From NCBI GenBank assembly GCA_949297765.1, contig CASFTV010000005.1, positions 66,144 to 130,143 of the forward strand: a stretch of 64,000 nt of DNA, written 5' to 3'. Below, piece after piece: positions 27,894 through 35,342 of this stretch (position 1 is its first letter; the number at the start of each line of letters is the position of its first letter). The DNA is from an uncultured bacterium (GTDB lineage Bacteria; Verrucomicrobiota; Lentisphaeria; Victivallales; UBA1829). Under the pieces are notes generated by a model. The model saw only the letters and a list, made by a program, of their open reading frames with translations, made no database searches and was not told where the DNA came from. The position numbers and the translations under genes were made by a program.

Positions 27894-30716
27894 TCAGCGC
27901 ACCAGCGTAATCATTCCGAATTCCCGGGGAGGCGCCTGCTTGAGCTGGAAGATGCCCAGAGCGGAAACATCCGACTGTTTCGCCTCGTCCCGGTCATTGA
28001 CCATTCCGGCCCAGTAGACAATGTGGCCTTCGCGCACCGTCTCCAGATTCAGGAACCGCCACGGAACGGCGATCTGATAACGGATCACGGATTTCCCGTC
28101 CGGACGGCGTTCCACGGAAATCTTCCGCGGCAGCTCCGACGCGGGGACATCCTCCACGGGGAAGCGGTCGGCATCGAAGGAAAAGGTCCGGTTCGCCTCA
28201 GGGCCCTTCGATGTCAGGGCAAAGTTGATTTCACTGAAGGCGAGTTCACAGCGGTCTCCGAATTCATTGGCGGTCGGCGGAGTCGTGCGTTTTCTGGCGA
28301 ATCCGAACTGAAGAGAGTCTCCCGCCCAGATTTTCCATCCGCGGAACGGCTGGAGGACGACATCGTCGATCACCTCCACATCGAAGAGGAGAAACCGCTC
28401 GTTCCATCCGAAGGCGATTGCCGCACGCAGATCCTCCGGACCCGAGTGGAAATGCGGCGAACGGACCGGAACCGGATCAACCGCATAACGAACCGGATTC
28501 CGCCATTTGCTGAAATCTCCGCCTTCTCCGACGCCCGGAAGATACACCGCGGGGAGGAAATTCATCGACGCCCGCGTTTCAAAGGAATATCCGGTGTCGA
28601 GAAGTACTTTGAGTTCCGGATTCACAACCCGGAACGGATTCACATCGAGTCCCTCGAAGCGTGCGCGCAGTCTCTGAGTCTCTCCGGCTGGGAGAGTGAA
28701 GGGAATGCGTTTCCGCGCCTCGGGCGCACCTTCGATCCGCGTTTCCAGCCATCCGCCGATACCTCCGCCGGTCCGGTTCGAAAGTACAACGCTCAGCCCC
28801 GGAACGCCGTTTTCAAACATCGGGCAGACCTCCTGAACGCGGACCGGCGCCATTGCCTCCAGCAGAACTCCTGCGGCTGCGACAAGCCGTCCGCGGTCAA
28901 GAAGTTTCAACGTCATGGGATAGCTGCCGTTTTTCAGGTCCCGCGGAACCGGAACCGCAAACGAAAACCTGCCGTTTTTCCGGACGGGGAGACGCATCGG
29001 ATTCCGTTTCATCGAACGGCTGAACACCAGCTGGAGTTCACCGTCGGCGAGGACCGTTCCGGAAACCGTCACGGTATTCCCGACAACGCCGTCCAGGGAG
29101 GCCCGGTCGGGACGGATCTTCTTCACCGCGTGTTTTCCCCAGAGTTCCGGTGCGGCGCCGATCACATAGACCGGCGATTCGGAAAGTTTCAGCCGGAGCA
29201 GGCCGTCAACGGTTCTGACCCGCCTCCGGTTGCCCATCATGTCGGCGGTCTCGATTTCCGCGCGGCCGACCGGGAGTTCAACTTCGGGGTTGTTTCCGCC
29301 GAAATCCCAGAGAGCGATCACACAATGATCCTCCCGATCGGCATAGCTGTATCCGAGCACGGTATCTCCGAGATACTCAATCGCTCCGGTCGGGCGGTGT
29401 CCCTCCAGAAGGAAGCTCGCGGCGGCAAGGGCGGCAAACGCGGGCCGAGGCGCGACCCGCTGCGGAGCCCAGACCCGGTCCGGCAGTGTCAGATTGTAGC
29501 AGAGTCCGTAATCGCCGGTCCCGGCGCCGTCATGATCGTATCCGTAAAACGGCTCGTTGGAGGCGAACCCTTCTCCGAGCATGATCAGAGATGCGCGGAC
29601 CTGCCCGTGCATCTGGATCAGCTCCTGCTCAACCGTGGAGACCGCCTTGTATCCGGACTCGTTCGCCCGGATCGGAATCTCTCTTCCCTTCGCATAACGG
29701 CGGACCAGTTCCCGGAGCCGGCGGACATTCTCCACCAGCCCGTTCTGCTCCACCGGATACTGAATGTACGGATGAATGCTCAGTTCATCGAGAAAATTGA
29801 GCAGTCCCTTTTCAAACAGGCGCTCCTGCCGCGCCAGACTCTCTCTTGAAATCGTGCTGAAACACGGGCCGAGCACCCGGGCGGAGGGATCGCCCGCGTG
29901 AAATCCTTCGAATGCGACCTTGTGGAGCTTCAGGATCTCTTCATCGGTATGCGTCAGATCCGGTTCCCACATCGGCTGATAGCGCAGGACGTCGTTGTCG
30001 CGTTTCTGTCCTTTTCCGTGGACGGCGAGCTTCCGGTAGAATTCGCGGAACATCGCTTCTCCGTCGGAGTCCGTGAAGACCTTCCCGTTTGTATGGCGTT
30101 TCAGGAACTCCCTGTCCGGGAAATTGTACTGGAACGGCGTGGCGAGGGTCGCGCACTGATACAGAGTCCAGCTGCGTTTCCTGTATTCGCTGTTGATCCG
30201 TGCGGCGTCCTTGTCGTCCATGACGACCCGTCCGCCCGTCCAGCGTGCGCCGAACCAGGGGATCATCCCGGCCGACTGTCCGTGAAGGCCGAAAAACGTC
30301 TCGGAAGGCGGATACACCTTCCGCTTCTGCGGATCGGGAAGAACCGCATAGGGGATGCTCCCCGCCGGACGGCTTCCGGTTTTCGGCGTCGTCACTCCGT
30401 TCGAAAGCCGGACCCGCGCACGATAAAAACCGAGCGTTTCATTCGGTGCGGGAACGCTGCCTTTCCATGTTCCGCGGCGATCGCCTTTCACGGGAACGGA
30501 AACACGGCGGATCGTCCGATCGTTCTGATCGACGACGTTCACATCCAGCGTGAGCGCCTCCTCCGCCTTGAGTCCCGAGACCTCGAACTCCAGCGAGACC
30601 GGATCGCCCGCCTTGAACATGCTGTTCTGCGGACGGTTCGTTTCCCCCGTCATCCGGACTTCGGCAGCACAGGAGAGCGCAGAACAGAGAAAGATCAGCA
30701 ATACGTTCCTCCGCAT
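27894..30716 (-). CDS. Secreted 940-aa glycoside-hydrolase-like protein (clan GH-A-type TIM barrel, Ig-like domains, CBM9-like C-terminus)
   Basis: Signal peptide MRRNVLLIFLCSALSCAAE. Candidate acid/base IRANESGY. The C-terminal AFGWNERFLLFDVEVIDD…WAGDSLQFGF resembles family-9 CBM/DOMON-like modules. Confidence 0.7.
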   Translation of the reverse strand: MRRNVLLIFLCSALSCAAEVRMTGETNRPQNSMFKAGDPVSLEFEVSGLKAEEALTLDVNVVDQNDRTIRRVSVPVKGDRRGTWKGSVPAPNETLGFYRARVRLSNGVTTPKTGSRPAGSIPYAVLPDPQKRKVYPPSETFFGLHGQSAGMIPWFGARWTGGRVVMDDKDAARINSEYRKRSWTLYQCATLATPFQYNFPDREFLKRHTNGKVFTDSDGEAMFREFYRKLAVHGKGQKRDNDVLRYQPMWEPDLTHTDEEILKLHKVAFEGFHAGDPSARVLGPCFSTISRESLARQERLFEKGLLNFLDELSIHPYIQYPVEQNGLVENVRRLRELVRRYAKGREIPIRANESGYKAVSTVEQELIQMHGQVRASLIMLGEGFASNEPFYGYDHDGAGTGDYGLCYNLTLPDRVWAPQRVAPRPAFAALAAASFLLEGHRPTGAIEYLGDTVLGYSYADREDHCVIALWDFGGNNPEVELPVGRAEIETADMMGNRRRVRTVDGLLRLKLSESPVYVIGAAPELWGKHAVKKIRPDRASLDGVVGNTVTVSGTVLADGELQLVFSRSMKRNPMRLPVRKNGRFSFAVPVPRDLKNGSYPMTLKLLDRGRLVAAAGVLLEAMAPVRVQEVCPMFENGVPGLSVVLSNRTGGGIGGWLETRIEGAPEARKRIPFTLPAGETQRLRARFEGLDVNPFRVVNPELKVLLDTGYSFETRASMNFLPAVYLPGVGEGGDFSKWRNPVRYAVDPVPVRSPHFHSGPEDLRAAIAFGWNERFLLFDVEVIDDVVLQPFRGWKIWAGDSLQFGFARKRTTPPTANEFGDRCELAFSEINFALTSKGPEANRTFSFDADRFPVEDVPASELPRKISVERRPDGKSVIRYQIAVPWRFLNLETVREGHIVYWAGMVNDRDEAKQSDVSALGIFQLKQAPPREFGMITLVR

Positions 30717-30719
30717 GGG

Positions 30720-32294
30720 TCATTTCTCCCCGACCAGCTTGAATTTCCGCAGAGCCGCCTTTGCATGATCCGCACCGAGAAGCCATTTCCCATCGACCGC
30801 AAGAGTCTGTAGACGGTACGGAGCACGGGAGACGATCCCGCCTTTTTTCGTCAGGAGAAGGAGTTCCGGCCCCGCCACGGCGATGAACTCTCCGATCACG
30901 GCGACATCCCGGACCGGCATCTCCTTTTTCCAGACGGTTTTTCCGTTGTTCAGGAGCGCGATCCACCCTTCTCCCGCGGCAACAATCTCTTCCGGCGAGA
31001 AGGCATCGACTCTGCGAACCGGGAGCGTCAGATCATTTGCAACATTCAGCGTTCCGTTGTCGACAATCAGAAGAGTTCCTCCGACGCAGGCCAGATCGGA
31101 CGGCTTTTTGAAGGAGCGTTTCAGATCGACCATGCGGCTCCTGTCGCCCCACCGGGTCTTCGAAGGATCGAACCGCCAGAGTTTTCCGAGTTTTGCATCG
31201 AGGATCAGGAATGCCGTCCCGTCCGAAACCGCCGCGACGCCGTCGGACACCCAGTTCCCGCCCACATGCCACGGCTCGTTCCCCGTGCTGCCGAACGGAG
31301 AATCCGGGAAATCATCCAGATTCAGACCCAGAATCTTCCAGCCGGACACCGCAATGATTTTTCCGTTGAGGACGGCGAGTGCGGCCGGAGTCCCGATTCC
31401 ACCGATCCGGAAATCACATTTCTTCAGATTGCCCGGCGCATAATGCTTCAGCCCCTGCGACGTTGCAAGATAATATCCGCTGCCGCCGTCGCCGGCGAGA
31501 GCGCGGGCGTAGTTGTCCATCCCGTCTCCGAGCGAAACGACCTTCCCTTCGGAGAGCGAGTCCTCATACCGGACCGCGCGGTCGCCGCATCCCCAGACCT
31601 GCCCGTTCACAAACGAAAAATGATTCATCCAGCCGCCCGCCGGCCAGATTCCGCCGCCGACCGTCCGCCCGTCTGTGTCAAAGCGGTAAACCCGGCTGTC
31701 CGGATACATCGTGGAAACCAGCAGATATCCGCTTCCCGGCATGAAACCGGCGGAGACCACCTTCCCGGTTGTCCGGAAACCGCTCAGATCCAGCACAACC
31801 CCGAGCGCCTCCCCTTTCGCATTCCATCCGTAGACCTTCTTTTCCGTCCCGTCGAGAGCGAAGTATTTGAGTTTCTCGCCGAACCCCTTTTTTGTCGCGG
31901 CATGAGCCACTCCGGTGCAGGTGAATCCTTTCCGGAAATCAAGAGCCTGTCTGGTATTCACACGGCCGTCCGGACCGGTCAGAAGACGCAGGAGCACCGT
32001 ATTGCGCTGAAGGAAGATCTCCTCTCCATCCGTCATCAGACGTCCGGCACTCTGCAGGACCCGCTTCGCCGTCCGCTCGCCTCCGGCGATCCGGTAGACG
32101 CCGTTTCCGTTGACAAACCAGACATTTCCCTGCGGATCATTCACCGCGCTTCCGCAGAACGGTTCCCGCAAAACCTCCGCGCCCTCCGGCTGACTCTGTC
32201 CGAGAATCCCGAACTCTTTCAGTTCCGCGGCAGACAGCAGCGCCGTCGCCGCAAGACACAATGCAATACTGCTCATTGCAGATTTCAATTTCAT
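30720..32294 (-). CDS. Secreted beta-propeller-like protein, function unknown
   Basis: 524 aa. Signal peptide SIALCLAATALLSAAE. Repetitive G/W/D-rich blades and no catalytic motif recognised. AGGAG precedes the ATG. Ends 3 nt before the GH-like gene. Confidence 0.7.
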   Translation of the reverse strand: MKLKSAMSSIALCLAATALLSAAELKEFGILGQSQPEGAEVLREPFCGSAVNDPQGNVWFVNGNGVYRIAGGERTAKRVLQSAGRLMTDGEEIFLQRNTVLLRLLTGPDGRVNTRQALDFRKGFTCTGVAHAATKKGFGEKLKYFALDGTEKKVYGWNAKGEALGVVLDLSGFRTTGKVVSAGFMPGSGYLLVSTMYPDSRVYRFDTDGRTVGGGIWPAGGWMNHFSFVNGQVWGCGDRAVRYEDSLSEGKVVSLGDGMDNYARALAGDGGSGYYLATSQGLKHYAPGNLKKCDFRIGGIGTPAALAVLNGKIIAVSGWKILGLNLDDFPDSPFGSTGNEPWHVGGNWVSDGVAAVSDGTAFLILDAKLGKLWRFDPSKTRWGDRSRMVDLKRSFKKPSDLACVGGTLLIVDNGTLNVANDLTLPVRRVDAFSPEEIVAAGEGWIALLNNGKTVWKKEMPVRDVAVIGEFIAVAGPELLLLTKKGGIVSRAPYRLQTLAVDGKWLLGADHAKAALRKFKLVGEK

Positions 32295-32351
32295 TTTCTT
32301 CTCCTGAATATAAAAGGGTTGTTCTGTCCATATGTTTCATCGGTCGTTCCG

Positions 32352-33095
32352 TCAGGGTGCCCGGTATCCTCTCCGGAGCAGTCCGAATGTGGCTTCCGCC
32401 GGCGCCGTGAAATGAGCGTTCCGCAGCAGCGTTGCAACATGTCCGTCAAAATAGGCCTGATTGATTTTCCCCGAGACATATCTCCCGACGGTGTCCTTCT
32501 GACCATTTCCATGACGGCTTCCCAGGTGGAACCAGTCGTACACAAGATACGGATAGCCGTATCCATATCCGTACTCCAGCAGCGTGATTGCCTGCGATGG
32601 AGAGAGAATGGAGGAAATCGGACGAACGCCCCGTAAAGCATAAAGCCAGTATCCCGCACTGACCGCGTTCAAACCGTAGCTTTTCTCGCCGTAGCCTGCG
32701 GCAACGGGGCATTTCAGAGCCTGCGTCGGAGATTTTCCTTTTCCGCCGAGGAGCTCCATGATCTCGTATTCCCATGTGTTGTAATTTCCGTCGACTTCAT
32801 GGCGGATTGTCGGCCGTTCCGGCATGCAGAAACCGGTCCGGTCCGCATAGAAGGTGTACGCCACGCTCATCTGTTTGAGATTGCCCATGCAGAGAATCGT
32901 CCGCGCGGTTTCCCGCGCGCCCTTCAGGGCGGGCAGAAGAAGAGCGATCAGAATCACAAGGATTGAGATTACGATTAGCAATTCTAATAGAGTAAATGAG
33001 TTTCTTCTGTTTCCGGAATGACCGGCCCGGAGAAGCCCCTCCGCGGCACGGCGTACGGATACACTCGGACGGCCTGGATGACGAACAGCATTCAT
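32352..33095 (-). CDS. Prepilin-type N-terminal methylation-domain protein (pseudopilin-like, H-X9-DG family, atypical)
   Basis: Start ATG 33095 in an ATGA overlap with the lacI-family stop. There is no in-frame ATG/GTG/TTG closer to the pilin segment. …GNRRNS|[30 protein letters not shown]-terminal AYFDGHV. Confidence 0.8.
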   Translation of the reverse strand: MNAVRHPGRPSVSVRRAAEGLLRAGHSGNRRNSFTLLELLIVISILVILIALLLPALKGARETARTILCMGNLKQMSVAYTFYADRTGFCMPERPTIRHEVDGNYNTWEYEIMELLGGKGKSPTQALKCPVAAGYGEKSYGLNAVSAGYWLYALRGVRPISSILSPSQAITLLEYGYGYGYPYLVYDWFHLGSRHGNGQKDTVGRYVSGKINQAYFDGHVATLLRNAHFTAPAEATFGLLRRGYRAP

Positions 33096-34123
33096 TCTGT
33101 TTTTCCCTTCTGTTTGACAGTGGACCCCTTGACAAGGATTTCCGGCTTGATCCGGATTTCTGCGGAGGGGATTTCCTCCTTTTTTCCGCGTTCCAGACGG
33201 AGGAAGAGACGCTCGACGACCTTTGCGGCAATCTCTGCGGTCTTCTGATTGACGGAAGTCACAGGAAAGACATTCGCATAATCCGGTTCCATGCATCCGA
33301 ATCCCATGACGGCGATCTCTTCGGGAATGCGGATCTTCTCTTCGAAAAGGATCCGGCAGATCCGGATTGCCTGCCAGTCGTAGAACGTTGCGATGGCGTC
33401 TGTTTCCGGATGTTCGCGGAGAAAATCGAGAATCAGTTCCCGTCTGAAATCGAAAAAACCGGTTTCCGCGATGATCTTCACGGAGAATTCGGGGTGTTCC
33501 CGGCAGAACGCCTCGATCCCTTCCCGGCGGAGACGGGCAGGACTGGCGAAGCCGGGTCCCGCGAGATATCCCAGATGCCGCCGTCCGGTTTCATAGAGAT
33601 GGGCGGCGGAAAGATAGCCTCCGTAAAAATCGTCCGTCCCGACAAAATCAATATCGGCTCTGGTTTTCCGGTCGACGGAGATCACCGGAATGCAGCGCGA
33701 AACCAGACCGCTGAAATACGCATTGTCCGCGAAATCGTCGCGCGGGACAATGATGATCCCGTCCACGCGCTGCTCCACAAGACGGCGGATCAGAGCGGAA
33801 TCCTGATTGGTCTCGTTGAAGGCCGCGCAGGAAATCAGCATGCAGTCCCGGTCGTAGAGAAGACGCTGTATTTCGGATTCAATTTCCTGAAAAAACGGAT
33901 TTCCGTGATCGTAGATGATTCCGATCAGCCCCGAGCGGCCGGTCTGAAATCCGCTGATCAGACGGTTTTCGTGATAACCGAGTTTCTCCGCCGCTTCATG
34001 AATCCGCTTCCGCGTCCCCTCGGCAATCTCTCCCTTGTTCCTCATGACCCGGGATACTGTGCTCAGCGAATATCCCGTCGCCTTCGCGATATCCTTCAGG
34101 CTCGCCAGCTCTTCCGCACTCAT
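33092..34123 (-). CDS. LacI-family transcriptional regulator
   Basis: HTH LKDIAKATGYSLSTVSRVMRN plus a periplasmic-binding-protein-like sugar domain. 343 aa. Confidence 0.9.
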   Translation of the reverse strand: MSAEELASLKDIAKATGYSLSTVSRVMRNKGEIAEGTRKRIHEAAEKLGYHENRLISGFQTGRSGLIGIIYDHGNPFFQEIESEIQRLLYDRDCMLISCAAFNETNQDSALIRRLVEQRVDGIIIVPRDDFADNAYFSGLVSRCIPVISVDRKTRADIDFVGTDDFYGGYLSAAHLYETGRRHLGYLAGPGFASPARLRREGIEAFCREHPEFSVKIIAETGFFDFRRELILDFLREHPETDAIATFYDWQAIRICRILFEEKIRIPEEIAVMGFGCMEPDYANVFPVTSVNQKTAEIAAKVVERLFLRLERGKKEEIPSAEIRIKPEILVKGSTVKQKGKTE

Positions 34124-34147
34124 TTTTCCCTTATCCTTTCCATTTGT

Positions 34148-34216
34148 GTTCCGCAGGTCCGCCGCAAGTATTCCCGCAAGCGCTACCGCAACTACTACCG
34201 CAACTACTTGCGGAAC
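34148..34216 (-). promoter_or_regulatory. Periodic TTGCGG array in the leader/operator region of the LacI operon
   Basis: Minus strand reads GTTCCGCAAGTAG-TTGCGGTAGTAG-TTGCGGTAGCGC-TTGCGGGAATAC-TTGCGGCGGACC-TGCGGAAC. There are four TTGCGG at exact 12-nt spacing (plus-strand CCGCAA at 34162, 34174, 34186, 34198). One inverted copy forms the CCGCAA-gtag-TTGCGG hairpin. The outer 8-nt inverted repeat is GTTCCGCA/TGCGGAAC. Confidence 0.6.
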
Positions 34217-34224
34217 GTGTTTTA

Positions 34225-34253
34225 ATTATATCACAAAAGCGGGAAAATGTCAA
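34225..34253 (-). promoter_or_regulatory. Consensus sigma70-type promoter of the LacI/pilin-like/GH operon
   Basis: Minus strand reads TTGACA (34248-34253), a 17-nt spacer, then TGA-TATAAT (34225-34230). Both hexamers are perfect and there is an extended -10 TG. Confidence 0.7.
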
Positions 34254-34388
34254 TAGGGGAAATGAAATTTTTTCTGTTTTTCTCTGTTTTTGTCTGGAGC
34301 AGTCACCCGTTCCGGGAGATCCGGAAGGAGGGAGAGGATTCCGGAACGGAGAGGAAAACGAAGCGGCGGAGCGGTCGGGAACGATGGA

Positions 34389-35276
34389 TCAGTCGGAAAG
34401 GCCACAGTCCCGGTATTCGCCCGGGGTTTTTCCGGTGAATTTTTTGAACATCCGGAAAAAGAGCGTCGCATTCTCGTAGCCGCACTGTTCCGCGATCTCC
34501 TTGACGGAGAGGCTGGTACGCCAGAGCAGCTGCTTTGCACGGGAGATCCGGCGAAGCGAAAGATACTGTTTCGGAGGCAGACCGAATGTCTGGCGGAAAA
34601 GAGCGGAAAACGCGGAACGGGAAAGAGGGGTCATGGACCGGAGCGTTTCCGCGTCGATCCGTCCGGAGAGATGACGGTCGATATACTCCAGGACTTCGCT
34701 GAAACATCCCTTTGCGGCGACCTCGGGCGGCGTGTTCTGCAACACATGTTCGAGGAAGGGGGCAAGCAGCAGGAAGACCCGGTTGCGGATTTCCAGATCG
34801 TCCGAAAGAGTCCGGATTCCGGAAATCCCCCGGACAACGGAACGGAACGATGACAGAAGAGCGGCATTCTCAACGGGCAGACGGATCGGCTGTTTCATTG
34901 CCGGGAGCGTGCGGAGCTGACGGGAAATGAAATGGATCCACCAGTGGTTCGACGGCGTCACAGACTCATAGGAAAAAGGCGTTCCGGCGGGCAGGAGAAA
35001 GATGAATCCCGGCTCCACCGTGCAGTGCGTCTCCGCAAACAGCAGACGGAATTTTCCCTTCACCGGAAAATAAAGACGGAAAAAGTTGTCCCCTCCGAAC
35101 GACGGATGATACCGCCAGACACGGATTCCCTCACCGAATCCGGCACCGACGATCTCCAGATCCATCCCTCCGAGAAAGGTATGCCACGGGAGACGATTCT
35201 TCACTCTCCGCTCCTCCGATTCCGTTTTCTTCTGCAGAAAAGACAAAAAGTGTACCACTTTCTGCAAGAACTTCAT
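34389..35276 (-). CDS. AraC-family transcriptional regulator (cupin-like sensor + HTH)
   Basis: C-terminal SVKEIAEQCGYENATLFFRMFKKFTGKTPGEYR. Divergent from the GH29 operon. Confidence 0.88.
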   Translation of the reverse strand: MKFLQKVVHFLSFLQKKTESEERRVKNRLPWHTFLGGMDLEIVGAGFGEGIRVWRYHPSFGGDNFFRLYFPVKGKFRLLFAETHCTVEPGFIFLLPAGTPFSYESVTPSNHWWIHFISRQLRTLPAMKQPIRLPVENAALLSSFRSVVRGISGIRTLSDDLEIRNRVFLLLAPFLEHVLQNTPPEVAAKGCFSEVLEYIDRHLSGRIDAETLRSMTPLSRSAFSALFRQTFGLPPKQYLSLRRISRAKQLLWRTSLSVKEIAEQCGYENATLFFRMFKKFTGKTPGEYRDCGLSD

Positions 35277-35304
35277 TTACTTTTTCCGCAAGGCATGATA
35301 TAAT
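35276..35304 (+). promoter_or_regulatory. Promoter of GH29 / mutarotase-like / GH36 operon
   Basis: TTTACT (35276-35281), a 17-nt spacer, then TGA-TATAAT (35299-35304). It shares TTTTCC(C)GC…TGATATAATTA with the LacI-operon promoter. Confidence 0.55.
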
Positions 35305-35342
35305 TATAGCAGAAAACCAAACTTTTACAAGGAAAAAATCCC

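Noticed and set aside
28023-29849. 608-aa plus-strand ORF, and the similar long ORFs at 35325-37094 (-), 40733-42730 (+), 45318-46595 (-), 58451-60436 (+) and 62777-63928 (+)
   Set aside because: All lie antisense to genes with clear family motifs (GH-like, GH29, GH42-like, GH5-like, hydrogenase-like subunits). All have arginine/proline/glycine-rich low-complexity products.
34247-34438. 63-aa ORF between the LacI promoter and the AraC gene
   Set aside because: It overlaps the -35 box and the 3' end of the AraC gene. There is no SD and the sequence is low-complexity.
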